Shown: positions 19,338 through 29,889, counted from the stretch's first letter. The stretch: 64,000 bases of DNA from an uncultured bacterium (GCA_964645915.1 CAZYDH010000005.1:26294-90293); one strand, 5' to 3'. The notes: a model not told the origin generated them from the letters alone. Numbers and translations are program-made.

Positions 19338-21551
19338 TTAGAAATTGTTTATAATATTATTTAACGTTTTACTAGATCTCATCGCTGAATCAGCTTTTAA
19401 GTCATCAGGCAAAAAATAACCGTCAATGTTTTGTGAAATTCCTTCAGTTGACATAAGTTCATCTAGAATAATATTTTCATTTATATCCAATAATTCTGTA
19501 AGACTCTTAAATTGATTAGCAAGGTGGAGATCATCTTTTTGCTCAGTTATTGCTTGAGCCCAATACTTAATCAAGTAATAATGGCTGATAGGATTGCCGG
19601 GTTGTCCAACAACTCTTGCAGGCGATTTCCTATGATCTAAGTATAAAGAATTAGCGGTATCTAAGGCTGAAGTAAATACTTCAACTTGTTTATTTGAACT
19701 TCGCTGTGCAATAAAACGTAATGATTCAGCTAAAGCTAAGAATTCACCAAGAGAATCCCACCTTAAATGACCTTCTTTAGTAAATTGTTGAACATGCTTT
19801 GGGGCTGACCCACCTGCACCTGTTTCAAATAACCGTCCACCAGCAATTAATGGAACAATCGATAGCATTTTTGCCGAAGTGCCTAATTCCAGAATAGGAA
19901 ATAAGTCTGTTAAGTAATCTCGTAGAACATTACCCGTTGCGCTAATTACATTCTCGCCTTTACGGATTTTTTTTAGTGTGAACTTCATTGCCTCTCTTGG
20001 TGCTAAGATATAATAATCAATATCTTTATTCTTGTTGTAGAGGGGTAAATAATTGTTAACTTTTTCAATAATATTTGCATCATGAGACCGATGGGCATCA
20101 AGCCAAAATACTAACGGATTACCGGTTATTTTTGCTCGTTCAACTGCTAATTTGACCCAATTATTAATAGGAATGTCTTTTGTTTTGGATAATCTCCAAA
20201 TATCATCTTTCTCCACATGATGTTCCATCAAAACATTACCGCTCGAATTTTTTACTTGTATCAGTCCATCTTCTTCTATTTCAAATGTTGTTGGGTGAGA
20301 GCCATACTCTTCAGCTTTTTGGGCCATCAATCCCACGTTAGAAACATTTCCCATCATTTCAACATCAAATTGCCCATTCAGTTTACAATCTTCTAAAATT
20401 TCGTTGTACATTGTAGCGTAGCATCGGTCAGGGATTACAGCTTTACATTCTTGTAATTCTCCACTTGGATTCCACATCTGTCCACCATCACGAATCACAA
20501 CCGGCATTGATGCATCTATAATGATGTCATTAGGTGCATGAAGATTTGTAATACCTCTGTCAGAATCTACCATTGCAAGATCCGGGTTCTTCTTATATGT
20601 CAAGAGTATATCTTCTTTTATTGTATTCTCTGTGTCTTGTGGTAATTGCTTAATTTTTGTATAAAGATCACTCAAACCCAGATTAGGGTTTACTCCGATT
20701 GCTTCAAAAATATATTTATGTTTTAGAAACACATCTTTAAAATACTCTTCTACACAGCACCCAAACATTATAGGATCAGATACTTTCATCATCGTTGCTT
20801 TTAGGTGAAGCGAAAACAACAATCCCTTTTCTTTTGCGTTTCTAATTTCATCGGAATAAAAATCAGCTAATATTTTTCGGGATATAAATGAAGAATCAAT
20901 CACTTCCTGATTCAGAGCATCAAATGTATTTAAAACGTTTACAACTCCATCTTTTGATTGATATTCAATCGTGACTGTATCATCTTTCTCGATAATAATA
21001 GATTGTTCATTACCATAAAAATCATTATCAGACATACATGCTACATGGGCTTTAGAATCTTTTGAATATGGTTTTAATTTATGTGGATTCTTTTTCGCAA
21101 AATTCTTGACAGATTCTGCAGCTCTACGATCCGAGTTTCCTTCCCGTATGACAGGATTAACCGCTGAACCAAGACATTTTGAATACCGTTCCTTAATTTT
21201 ATTTTCTTCTTCTGTCTTTGGCTCTTCAGGATAGTCGGGAATATTAAATCCTTTATTTTGAAGTTCAATAATACATTCTTTCAACTGTGGAATAGATGCT
21301 GAGATATTTGGTAATTTAATAATATTACCATCGGATTTCTTTACAAGCTCACCTAAATATTTTAGATCATCTTCAATTTTCTGTTCGGGGTTTAGATAAT
21401 CAGGGAAAGATGATAGAACTCGCCCGGCAAGTGATATATCTTTTGAAAGTATATTAATATTTACTTTTTTTGCGAATGCTTTTATTATGGGGAGTAATGA
21501 TCGTGTAGCTAGAGCGGGTGCTTCGTCAGTAATCGTCCAGATGATATCCAT
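19338..21551 (-). CDS. icd: Monomeric NADP-dependent isocitrate dehydrogenase
   Basis: 737 aa. [43 protein letters not shown] and [14 protein letters not shown] match the monomeric (Azotobacter-type) IDH as recalled. Confidence 0.95.
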   Translation of the reverse strand: MDIIWTITDEAPALATRSLLPIIKAFAKKVNINILSKDISLAGRVLSSFPDYLNPEQKIEDDLKYLGELVKKSDGNIIKLPNISASIPQLKECIIELQNKGFNIPDYPEEPKTEEENKIKERYSKCLGSAVNPVIREGNSDRRAAESVKNFAKKNPHKLKPYSKDSKAHVACMSDNDFYGNEQSIIIEKDDTVTIEYQSKDGVVNVLNTFDALNQEVIDSSFISRKILADFYSDEIRNAKEKGLLFSLHLKATMMKVSDPIMFGCCVEEYFKDVFLKHKYIFEAIGVNPNLGLSDLYTKIKQLPQDTENTIKEDILLTYKKNPDLAMVDSDRGITNLHAPNDIIIDASMPVVIRDGGQMWNPSGELQECKAVIPDRCYATMYNEILEDCKLNGQFDVEMMGNVSNVGLMAQKAEEYGSHPTTFEIEEDGLIQVKNSSGNVLMEHHVEKDDIWRLSKTKDIPINNWVKLAVERAKITGNPLVFWLDAHRSHDANIIEKVNNYLPLYNKNKDIDYYILAPREAMKFTLKKIRKGENVISATGNVLRDYLTDLFPILELGTSAKMLSIVPLIAGGRLFETGAGGSAPKHVQQFTKEGHLRWDSLGEFLALAESLRFIAQRSSNKQVEVFTSALDTANSLYLDHRKSPARVVGQPGNPISHYYLIKYWAQAITEQKDDLHLANQFKSLTELLDINENIILDELMSTEGISQNIDGYFLPDDLKADSAMRSSKTLNNIINNF

Positions 21552-21811
21552 TAATTATCCTTTTTTGATGTCTTTGTTTTTGGGGTTTTATTTGTACTTT
21601 TATTTTTATTTAATGAAGTATTTGTTTTATTTTTTTTATAATCGGTTAAGTAGAAACCTTTACCTTTAAAAATCAATCCTGATCCACCACTTACCAACCG
21701 TCGAATCGTTGACCCACAAAGTGGACAAACTGTTAAAGGTAAATCGGACATAGATTGAAAATGTTCAAAGTGATGATCACATTTCATACATTTATAATCA
21801 TAGGTAGGCAT
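21551..21811 (-). CDS. FmdB-family zinc-ribbon protein with a Lys/Asn/Thr-rich tail
   Basis: MPTYDYKCMKCDHHFE...VCPLCGS (CxxC-x~22-CxxC). The stop overlaps the icd start by 1 nt. Confidence 0.8.
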   Translation of the reverse strand: MPTYDYKCMKCDHHFEHFQSMSDLPLTVCPLCGSTIRRLVSGGSGLIFKGKGFYLTDYKKNKTNTSLNKNKSTNKTPKTKTSKKDN

Positions 21812-21856
21812 TCTTATCCTGTGCTTTTAATATATTTATATTTTAAATCTAAAAGA

Positions 21857-22333
21857 TTAATGATATTTTAGATTTAAGCACTCTAATACATTTTTTGGAA
21901 CATACTGTTCAATATCACCACCTAATTTAGCTACATCCTTCACAACCGTAGAATTAAGGTGGATATATTTTTCATCCGGCATCATTAATAATGTAGTTAC
22001 TTTTGGATTTAGATGGTAATTCATCATCGCCATTTGAAACTCAAATTCAAAATCGCTAACGTGGCGTAATCCTCGAATTAAAGCAACAGCTTCATTCTCT
22101 TTTGCAAATTCTACGATTAGGCTATCTGTAGAACTTACACTTATATTTGGAATGTCTCGTGTACATTCCTTAATCATTTTGACTCTTTCTTCAGTAGAAA
22201 AGAACGGTTCCTTTAAAAAGTTCTCTGCTACAACGAATATTAGTTCATCGAACAACTTTGAAGCTCTGTTTGCAATATCTATATGCCCATTATGAATCGG
22301 ATCAAATGTCCCGGGATATATGATTTTTTTCAT
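21857..22333 (-). CDS. coaD: Pantetheine-phosphate adenylyltransferase
   Basis: YPGTFDPIHNGHIDI and the ISSTxVK-like NSTVVKDV motif. About 158 aa. Confidence 0.95.
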   Translation of the reverse strand: MKKIIYPGTFDPIHNGHIDIANRASKLFDELIFVVAENFLKEPFFSTEERVKMIKECTRDIPNISVSSTDSLIVEFAKENEAVALIRGLRHVSDFEFEFQMAMMNYHLNPKVTTLLMMPDEKYIHLNSTVVKDVAKLGGDIEQYVPKNVLECLNLKYH

Positions 22334-22839
22334 GATTTACTCCATATTGCCAGTTTTGTATCACCATATTTTTTTTCACGATCACCGATAATTGAATTAT
22401 CTTTTGATTTAGCTTCCAATACAAAACGACCATTATTATTTAAATTGTTGATGCATAATTTAACAAGTTTTGGAAGTGTATATACACTATAAGGTGGATC
22501 AGCTATAATAATATCAAATTGTTCATTTGAATTTAAGTATTTGAATACATCTTGTCGGAACACATTAAAATTAGTTTTTTGAAATAATTTGACGTTTTGC
22601 TGGAGCATGTTAACCACAGTTGTATTATTTTCCACAAATGTTACAGTGTCTGCTCCTCTGCTAGCTGCTTCAAAACCTAAAATACCCGTTCCTGAAAACA
22701 AATCGAGAACCGACATATCTGTCAGATCACCGAGAATATCAAAAAGACTTTTTCTGATTCTTGTTTGCGTCGGTCTATACGGTAAGCTCTGGACAGTTTT
22801 TATTTTTTGTCCTTTATATATTCCAGATAAAATATTCAT
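22330..22839 (-). CDS. rsmD: 16S rRNA (guanine966-N2)-methyltransferase RsmD-like
   Basis: RPTQTRIRKSLFD, SAM motif DLFSGTGILGFEAASRGA, and DPPY. 4-nt overlap with coaD. Confidence 0.85.
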   Translation of the reverse strand: MNILSGIYKGQKIKTVQSLPYRPTQTRIRKSLFDILGDLTDMSVLDLFSGTGILGFEAASRGADTVTFVENNTTVVNMLQQNVKLFQKTNFNVFRQDVFKYLNSNEQFDIIIADPPYSVYTLPKLVKLCINNLNNNGRFVLEAKSKDNSIIGDREKKYGDTKLAIWSKS

Positions 22840-22844
22840 TGAAA

Positions 22845-24386
22845 TTAGTCTGTAGAAATCGACAGATAAAATACGGTGATAAACTCGAAAGTATTAGGGT
22901 CTCTTCTTAATTTGACTTGTTCAACTGTTAAATTTCTTGATAATGAAGTAATATAGTTTAATTCTTCCACCGGAAGACTTTTTGATAACACTTTAACCAT
23001 TATAGGAATGAAAGTGCTTTGTGATGAAAGAGGTTTATGAAATACAGCTGTGGGATATTCTTCTATAATCTTTTCCATAAGTATTTCTACAGATAATGAA
23101 TCATTTTTGAAATTATCCACGTCTCGGTTTACAATAAACGTTTTTGGTTCTATCCCAATAGAATCTTGGATATTTACTAACAGAGAATCATTTCGGATGA
23201 GTAGAGTTTCAATATTTGTTGGGATAATACTTAACAGTATTTCATCGATAGCAGGATTTTTAAAACTAACGATTGTATCTTGCTCATCTGTCTTAATCGA
23301 TTCTATACCGTTGTCGAATAGATTAAAAATAGCGAGATCGCTTAAAGACTCTCTGTTATTTAAATAAATAAGTCCGGCAAACATAATAACTAACGTTAGA
23401 AAAATATAAATTGGGCTATGTTTGCTTTCCTTTGATTTAGTCTGACTACTCATAATTTGCTTAGATTTTTTCTTTGGTTTTTTTGGTTCTTTAATCATTT
23501 TAGGAATCCAGTTATTAATCTTTGAAACATTAAAAAAATTAATATTAGACTTATTATTTGAAAAGTTAATCAAGACAGCTAATAAATTTAATTCACCCGA
23601 AGTTGAACTCTTGGGGACTGATACACCTTCCATTACGATTGAATTTATAAAAGATAACTGTTTAAAAGATTTAGATTCCCATTTGGATAATTTATTGTCC
23701 GACACAACATCCATCAGGTTAAAGGTAAGATTATTGAAATCACTTTCATCAGAAGATTTAGAATAACCTGAAATTTGCAAATCACCGGATTTAAACTTAA
23801 TACGACCAAGGGAACACCTATTATTACCTCGATAAATATATTGATATGACTGTTTATCGTCAAAAACATATACTGTGTCATTAGTATTCAAATCAAATAA
23901 AGGTGTGGTAGCAGATCCCATCCAAACAGGGATTCCGCTATGCTCAGAGATTGTAAGTTTAACTATTTCTATTAAATATAAATTGCATTCGACTAATAAA
24001 TACTGATTTGATGTATTAGGATAAGTTTGAACAAATAAATTCGTATTATCTTTATAATTCTTTCCCCACTTTTGTTCTTGCCTCCATAGAAAATAATCAT
24101 ATAGATCATCATAATGTAGATGATCCGGAGTAATAATTAATTCTTCATTAAGGAGATCGCGGTGTACAATAATTGAAACTTCTTTTCCATGTAATCGGAT
24201 TGTTTCGATCAATTGATTGAAAGCAATTTCAATCGTAGAATTTATTTCTGTTTCTCTTTGATATAATGAAGATATAGATACGTTAAAAGAGACTGTGCAT
24301 AAATTGGTTAATACTTTTTTATTATCCGAAGTATTGGACCATTCTGCACAAACAAGATGGGTATCGGTTATGAGTAAAGATACCAC
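22845..24386 (-). CDS. Hypothetical bitopic membrane protein: ~320-aa N-domain, Lys/Ser-rich linker, one TM segment and a ~170-aa C-domain
   Basis: Long ORF in the operon frame. It has the linker KEPKKPKKKSKQIMSSQTKSKESKH and then the hydrophobic SPIYIFLTLVIMFAGLIYL. I recognise no catalytic motif. Confidence 0.6.
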   Translation of the reverse strand: MVSLLITDTHLVCAEWSNTSDNKKVLTNLCTVSFNVSISSLYQRETEINSTIEIAFNQLIETIRLHGKEVSIIVHRDLLNEELIITPDHLHYDDLYDYFLWRQEQKWGKNYKDNTNLFVQTYPNTSNQYLLVECNLYLIEIVKLTISEHSGIPVWMGSATTPLFDLNTNDTVYVFDDKQSYQYIYRGNNRCSLGRIKFKSGDLQISGYSKSSDESDFNNLTFNLMDVVSDNKLSKWESKSFKQLSFINSIVMEGVSVPKSSTSGELNLLAVLINFSNNKSNINFFNVSKINNWIPKMIKEPKKPKKKSKQIMSSQTKSKESKHSPIYIFLTLVIMFAGLIYLNNRESLSDLAIFNLFDNGIESIKTDEQDTIVSFKNPAIDEILLSIIPTNIETLLIRNDSLLVNIQDSIGIEPKTFIVNRDVDNFKNDSLSVEILMEKIIEEYPTAVFHKPLSSQSTFIPIMVKVLSKSLPVEELNYITSLSRNLTVEQVKLRRDPNTFEFITVFYLSISTD

Positions 24387-24395
24387 TATAACCGT

Positions 24396-25142
24396 TTACC
24401 GTGCCCAGCTTAACAGTCCGTCATCAACATATCCGTGGTTTTCAGCTTTAAAAGAAAATATAAGATATCTGTTTTCTTTATAAACTCCATCAATTGGACT
24501 GGATATTCTTATTTTATCGTCTTTAATCTCTATTTTATAAGGATTATAAGTTAGCGGACAATTAAAAAAGGACGAATCAGGCATATAGGTATCGTAATAA
24601 GACACGGATTCAACACGCTCAATAGGTTCTTCTCCTAATACTTCACGAAATGATGGTTCATGAATGATTTCAGATAAAGTCTTTTTTTGAATATAAATCG
24701 TATCATTTCTTGTAAGTTCCTCTGAGAACACAACCACAGTCATTGTTGTATCGTTTATTGTATCCCTGCGAGATTTTTGAAAACCAAATGTTGTATCATA
24801 TTCAACGTCAAAACCTTTAGGAATTTTTACAAGTATTTTCTCTCCCAACAAGGATAATACTTGTTCATTTATATAGGTCGAATCAGCTGTAAGTGAGTCA
24901 CGTACTGCATTTACAATATTCATTGCATATAAACCGTTTACTGAATATTTATTGGTAAGCTGGTGATAAAATGTTTCAATATTATATATATCTTCTAATC
25001 GAAAATGACTTTCATCTTCAATTATTGCTTCTTCTTCCCAAATTCCCACAGGTACATATATCACGAATATTAAAAATACGATCATCAATACGATAACAAG
25101 TTCAAGTAGGTCTGTAATTCTTTGTCTCTTTTTCTGATTCAT
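24396..25142 (-). CDS. Hypothetical protein with an N-terminal pilin-like hydrophobic helix
   Basis: N-terminus MNQKKRQRITDLLELVIVLMIVFLIFVIYVP loosely resembles a prepilin leader plus helix (xTLxE-hydrophobic) but lacks Gly at -1. 4-nt overlap with comEA. Confidence 0.55.
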   Translation of the reverse strand: MNQKKRQRITDLLELVIVLMIVFLIFVIYVPVGIWEEEAIIEDESHFRLEDIYNIETFYHQLTNKYSVNGLYAMNIVNAVRDSLTADSTYINEQVLSLLGEKILVKIPKGFDVEYDTTFGFQKSRRDTINDTTMTVVVFSEELTRNDTIYIQKKTLSEIIHEPSFREVLGEEPIERVESVSYYDTYMPDSSFFNCPLTYNPYKIEIKDDKIRISSPIDGVYKENRYLIFSFKAENHGYVDDGLLSWAR

Positions 25143-25546
25143 TTCTTTCCCTCTAAAATAGTAACCCTTTTTACCAATTCTTCAAATGTTTTTGGTCCAA
25201 TCCCCTTTACATGAACTAAATCTTCAATCGACTTGAAATTTCCATATTCTTCTCGATAATGAATAATTCTCTCAGCTGTTACCGGACCAATTTTTGGAAG
25301 AGTCATTAATTCAGCTTTATTTGCAGTGTTAATATTAACGATTTCATTCGATTCATTTGTAGTATTTTCTTGATGTTTTTCACTTTCGTTTTCAATGTTA
25401 TCTGCGATAATCGAAAATTGGTTTTCTGTCATATTATCGACAGTTGGATTGTAAAAGAATCCATTTCTGATACCACCAACAATCAAACCTATTACTGCTG
25501 CTGTAAAAATAAATATCCAAACGTTTTGTTCTTGTTTGGTAAACAT
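25139..25546 (-). CDS. comEA: ComEA-family helix-hairpin-helix DNA-binding protein
   Basis: N-terminal TM segment, then INTANKAELMTLPKIGPVTAERIIHYREEYGNFKSIEDLVHVKGIGPKTFEEL (tandem HhH). Confidence 0.8.
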   Translation of the reverse strand: MFTKQEQNVWIFIFTAAVIGLIVGGIRNGFFYNPTVDNMTENQFSIIADNIENESEKHQENTTNESNEIVNINTANKAELMTLPKIGPVTAERIIHYREEYGNFKSIEDLVHVKGIGPKTFEELVKRVTILEGKK

Positions 25547-25550
25547 GTGA

Positions 25551-26678
25551 TTAAAGATCTATTTTTTGAAAAGTTGTTTGTTGTTTTGTTGCTTTACTCA
25601 ATTCTGAAAATAATTTCTTTTCCTCCCTTGATAATTTTCCTGGAGTCTTAATTTGGATGCGAACTAATTGGTCTCCTCGTTGACTACCACGAAGCCTTGG
25701 ATAACCCTTTCCTCTCATTCTTAGCACCTGTCCGGCTTGAATTCCGTTGGGTATACCTAATTTAGCTTTTCCTTCAATAGTCGGGATTTCGATCGTATCA
25801 CCTAATGCTGCTTGAGAAAACGAAATAACTGCTTCGATCAAAACATCATCACCATTTCTTGCAAAGTGTGGATGATCTTTTTCCTCAAAAAAGACAAGAA
25901 GATCGCCCGGATGGATGCCTTTACCACCTTTATTCCCTTGTCCGTCTAAAGTCATATAGTTTCCAGATGCAACGCCTTTTGGAACTTTGACATTTATTTC
26001 TACCGATTTCTTTTGTATTCCATTCCCGTTACATGTCTTGCAGGGATTCTCTATTATTGTCCCTTCACCACTACAAACGGGACAGTCACTCACAACAACT
26101 GATTGTCCAAAAAATGTTTGTGTAGCTCGTCGTACTTGACCACTTCCACCACAATGTCGGCACGTTGTAGGTTTTGCTCCTTCTTTCGCACCACTGCCAT
26201 CACAATCAATACAAATTTCATTTCTACGAATCCGTATCTGTTTATCTGATCCGTTTAAAATCTCTAATGGAGTTAGTTGTATTGTTACTCTAAGATCTTT
26301 TGCTTTTCGTGATTGTCTTCTTCCATGAGAGCTACCACCTCCAAAAATATCTTGAAATGGATTATGACCCCCAAAAATATCTCCAAATTGACTAAAGATA
26401 TCATCCATAGACATATGAATCCCGCCAAATCCTTGTGGACCTCCACCTGTATCTCCCATGCCTACTCCTGCGTGACCAAATTGATCATATCGGGCACGTT
26501 TATTTTCATCTCTTAATACTGAGTATGCTTCTGCGGCTTCTTTAAATTTTACCTCAGCATTTTTATCTCCCGGGTTTCTATCCGGGTGGTATTTCATGGC
26601 AATTTTACGATATGCCTTTTTAATTGAATCCTTTGAGTCAGATTTATTGACCCCAAGGATATCATATAAATCCTTCAT
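25551..26678 (-). CDS. dnaJ: Molecular chaperone DnaJ
   Basis: J domain DLYDILGV...YHPDRNPGD, a G/F region, and four CxxCxGxG zinc-finger repeats. Confidence 0.95.
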   Translation of the reverse strand: MKDLYDILGVNKSDSKDSIKKAYRKIAMKYHPDRNPGDKNAEVKFKEAAEAYSVLRDENKRARYDQFGHAGVGMGDTGGGPQGFGGIHMSMDDIFSQFGDIFGGHNPFQDIFGGGSSHGRRQSRKAKDLRVTIQLTPLEILNGSDKQIRIRRNEICIDCDGSGAKEGAKPTTCRHCGGSGQVRRATQTFFGQSVVVSDCPVCSGEGTIIENPCKTCNGNGIQKKSVEINVKVPKGVASGNYMTLDGQGNKGGKGIHPGDLLVFFEEKDHPHFARNGDDVLIEAVISFSQAALGDTIEIPTIEGKAKLGIPNGIQAGQVLRMRGKGYPRLRGSQRGDQLVRIQIKTPGKLSREEKKLFSELSKATKQQTTFQKIDL

Positions 26679-27232
26679 AATTTATTCACAATCACTTTTG
26701 CGTGTCTTAACACACGGTCTTTATAGCTATATCCTTTTTCAAATACTTCTAATATCTCGTCATCATGCTTGCCTTCTTCTGACTTTGCCATCATCGCATT
26801 ATGTAGTTCAGAGTCAAGCATGTCTCCAATTTCTCCAAATGCTTCTACTTCTATTTTTTCTAAAAAGTTAAGAAGCTTAGACTGAACCATTTCTATACCT
26901 TTTTTCAATGAATCACGGCTTTCATCTTTATGAGTATCCCAAGCATTAAGAAACCGTTCAAAATCGTCAATTACAGGAAGAAGTTTTTCAATGATGTCTT
27001 CTCCTTCATATTTCAACAATCCTTGTATCTCACGTTCTTTACGACGACGAAAATTGTCAAATTCTGCTTTTAAACGTAAATGTTTATCTTCCAGTGCTGC
27101 ATGTTGTATCGTTATTTCTTTTAGCAACTTTGCATCTTTTGATATCCTTTTTGCACTGCTTTTTTTCTGTGGACTCTTTGATTTGGCAGTTGATTTCTTT
27201 TTTACTTCTTTTTTCTGTTTATCAGCAGACAT
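26675..27232 (-). CDS. grpE: Nucleotide exchange factor GrpE
   Basis: Lys-rich N-terminus, coiled-coil RLKAEFDNFRRRKERE and a C-terminal beta domain. Operon position is between hrcA and dnaJ. Confidence 0.9.
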   Translation of the reverse strand: MSADKQKKEVKKKSTAKSKSPQKKSSAKRISKDAKLLKEITIQHAALEDKHLRLKAEFDNFRRRKEREIQGLLKYEGEDIIEKLLPVIDDFERFLNAWDTHKDESRDSLKKGIEMVQSKLLNFLEKIEVEAFGEIGDMLDSELHNAMMAKSEEGKHDDEILEVFEKGYSYKDRVLRHAKVIVNKL

Positions 27233-28253
27233 GAGTAATGATCTCCGAGAAATGTTCTAAAATAGTTTTAATATTGTTGTAAGGAATTCTTTTGGGTCCA
27301 AAGATGGCCAATTTTCCTTCAAGATACTCGCTTTGAAATTTCGTAGATAAGATAGAAAAATCATTAAACGTCTTATCTTTATTTTCTTCACCTATTAACA
27401 TCATTTTGTTATTAATAATATTCTCTGATGTTAATATTCTTTTTATTTTTTGGGTTTCTAAAGCGTTTAGAAATGTTTGCATTTTATTTACTTGCTGAAA
27501 ATCCGAGTGTGAAAATAAAAATTGATTTGAGGATGTATAAATAAGATTATTAGTCGGAAATGAAAAGGATTCTCTTGGATGCTGTAATAATATTTGAACG
27601 ATTTCATGATTGTATACAATCGTATTTCTAAGTCGATGATGTGCGGTCTGTTGTATATCTTTTAGAGATACTCCGGTTAGATATTCATTAAGTATTTGAT
27701 TAATTATCAACAAGTCATTATTATCGATGGTAATTTCTAAATTAAACACCATCGATCGAATAATACCAGAATCCATAGCTAACACAACCATAATTCTATC
27801 TGAGGAAAGAGGAATACACTCTATATTTCTCAATATCCCCTGTTGAACTTCTGAAACAAGAACAACACCAAATAATTTCGTAGCTTTTGCTAACATAGTA
27901 GCAGTTGCCTGCATCAATTCTTCAATATTTAAAGATAACTTATTTAACGCAGAAGACCATTCATCAACAGAATCTGCATACGATGATGAATCTTCCATCA
28001 AATGGTCAACATAATATCTGTATCCTAAATCTGTGGGGATTCGTCCCGAAGAGGTAAATGGTTGTTTAATTAATCCCTTCGATTCTAAGGCAGCAAGCGC
28101 ATTTCTGATCGTAGCCGGACTAATATTTAGATGAAAATGGTTCCTTAAATATTCAGACCCAATTGGACGATTTTTAAGTATATATTCCTCAACAGTTAGT
28201 TGAAATATTTCTGTTTCTCTTTTTGTTAAATGGATGTGATCAATATGATTCAT
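27222..28253 (-). CDS. hrcA: Heat-inducible transcription repressor HrcA
   Basis: LTKRETEIFQLTVEEYILKNRPIGSEYL winged-helix N-terminus, about 343 aa, directly upstream of grpE-dnaJ. Confidence 0.85.
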   Translation of the reverse strand: MNHIDHIHLTKRETEIFQLTVEEYILKNRPIGSEYLRNHFHLNISPATIRNALAALESKGLIKQPFTSSGRIPTDLGYRYYVDHLMEDSSSYADSVDEWSSALNKLSLNIEELMQATATMLAKATKLFGVVLVSEVQQGILRNIECIPLSSDRIMVVLAMDSGIIRSMVFNLEITIDNNDLLIINQILNEYLTGVSLKDIQQTAHHRLRNTIVYNHEIVQILLQHPRESFSFPTNNLIYTSSNQFLFSHSDFQQVNKMQTFLNALETQKIKRILTSENIINNKMMLIGEENKDKTFNDFSILSTKFQSEYLEGKLAIFGPKRIPYNNIKTILEHFSEIITHVC

Positions 28254-28330
28254 AACATAAAAATTAGTCTGATTGCTTTTTCTATGTCAATATGAGAATT
28301 TGGTTATTAAATGAGATTTAAAATAATGGG

Positions 28331-29197
28331 TCACACAAACTTTGCAGCTGCTCTGTAACTTCCAAGCAAAGAAATAATGACAGATAAACCTACAATCCAA
28401 TATGTTGTCAATTGTTCATAAATGATATAGATCGAAAATATTTGGTTTAGATATATGTTACAAAAATGAACGAATCCCATCAATGTTCCTACAGTGAGTA
28501 ATGCGCCTATCACTCCATGCAGAATACCTTCAATTAAAAACGGTGTTATTATAAATAGTCGTGTTGCGCCGATCAATTTTAAAGTACGAATTAATTCTTT
28601 GCGAGCATAAACCGAAAGTCTAATCGTACTTGAAATAATGAAGATTGTTATTAACAAGACCACACCGGAAAGAGAAACAAACCCCTTTACAAACCGTTGA
28701 TAATACCGTTCAATTCTTTGAATTAGACGACCTTGATATTTTACCGTATCTATTCCCTCGATCTCTTTAATTGATCTTATGATAGGATTTATATTAAATA
28801 ATTCTGTTCTATTATTTACCACATTAACTACAGCACTTGAAGGTAAAGGGTTATATCCCAGCATTGAATGGATATCTTCTCCAAATTGATCTTTAAATAT
28901 TTTTATTGCATCAGATGATGATATAAATGTGACACTCCTAACACCTGATATAGCTTTTATCTTTTTAATTGTGGATTGAGCTTGAACGTCATCTACATCA
29001 GGTTTAAAAAACACTTCTATCTTATATTTGGACCTCAGATACTTAACTAATAAAACAGAATTGTCCATTGTCAAGAATAAACTACCAACAATTAGCAAGG
29101 ACATATAAATTGAAAAGACTGAAGTAAATACAGTCAATTTATGTCTGGATAAATTTTTAAATCCTTCTAATATTAAAAACGCTAATTTATTCATCAT
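28331..29197 (-). CDS. ftsX: Cell-division permease FtsX-like
   Basis: N-terminal TM segment, periplasmic domain and three C-terminal TM segments. 4-nt overlap with ftsE. Confidence 0.8.
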   Translation of the reverse strand: MMNKLAFLILEGFKNLSRHKLTVFTSVFSIYMSLLIVGSLFLTMDNSVLLVKYLRSKYKIEVFFKPDVDDVQAQSTIKKIKAISGVRSVTFISSSDAIKIFKDQFGEDIHSMLGYNPLPSSAVVNVVNNRTELFNINPIIRSIKEIEGIDTVKYQGRLIQRIERYYQRFVKGFVSLSGVVLLITIFIISSTIRLSVYARKELIRTLKLIGATRLFIITPFLIEGILHGVIGALLTVGTLMGFVHFCNIYLNQIFSIYIIYEQLTTYWIVGLSVIISLLGSYRAAAKFV

Positions 29198-29847
29198 CCG
29201 TTTCTCAACACTCCATCATGAATTTCCATGATCCTATGACCACGTCCTTTGATAAGATTGTAATTATGTGATGCCATAAATATCGTTGTACCTGATTGAT
29301 TAATCTTCTCAAACAATTTTATCAATTCAAACGCCGTAACCGGATCTAAATTCCCGGTTGGTTCGTCAGCAAGGATAATGTCCGGTTCTTTCACTAATGC
29401 TCTAGCCAAACATGCACGTTGTTGCTCTCCTCCGGATAATTCATTTGGTTTTCTTTCTTCTTTCCCATCCAAACCCACTTCATATATTACGTCCATAACG
29501 CGATCTTCTAATTCTGAACTCTCTACACCCAAAATATGTAGAGCAAGTGCTACATTATCAAAAAGTGAACGATCTTCAAGTAAATGATAATCTTGAAATA
29601 CCATTCCGATATTTCGTCTTAAATGGGGGATTTTTCTACGTTTAATTTTATTTGAGTGATATCCATTGACAGTTATTACTCCGGTGTCAGGAAAAATGTC
29701 CATATAGATCAATCGCATAATGGTGGTTTTCCCTGATCCGGTCGGACCAATTAGAAAAGAGAATTCACCCGATTCTAATTGTAGATCGGTATTATAAACT
29801 CCGCTTTCTTTATTGTAAGAATATGAAACGTTTTTGAATGATATCAT
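29194..29847 (-). CDS. ftsE: Cell-division ATP-binding protein FtsE
   Basis: Walker A GPTGSGKTT, signature LSGGEQQR and Walker B ILADEPTGNLD. 217 aa. Confidence 0.9.
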   Translation of the reverse strand: MISFKNVSYSYNKESGVYNTDLQLESGEFSFLIGPTGSGKTTIMRLIYMDIFPDTGVITVNGYHSNKIKRRKIPHLRRNIGMVFQDYHLLEDRSLFDNVALALHILGVESSELEDRVMDVIYEVGLDGKEERKPNELSGGEQQRACLARALVKEPDIILADEPTGNLDPVTAFELIKLFEKINQSGTTIFMASHNYNLIKGRGHRIMEIHDGVLRNG

Positions 29848-29889
29848 AGTCCGAAATTACCGACAATATTTTGATGTTTCAATCAAGTC

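Noticed and set aside
21551-21640. The Lys/Asn/Thr-rich tail of the FmdB-like zinc ribbon (KKNKTNTSLNKNKSTNKTPKTKTSKKDN) as a possible functional repeat
   Set aside because: This is a low-complexity tail expected from AT-rich codon bias. It has no periodic DNA repeat, and the terminal overlap with icd is a single nucleotide.
28254-28330. Looked for a CIRCE operator upstream of hrcA
   Set aside because: No inverted repeat resembling TTAGCACTC-N9-GAGTGCTAA is present. TTAGTCTGATTGC has no complementary arm.
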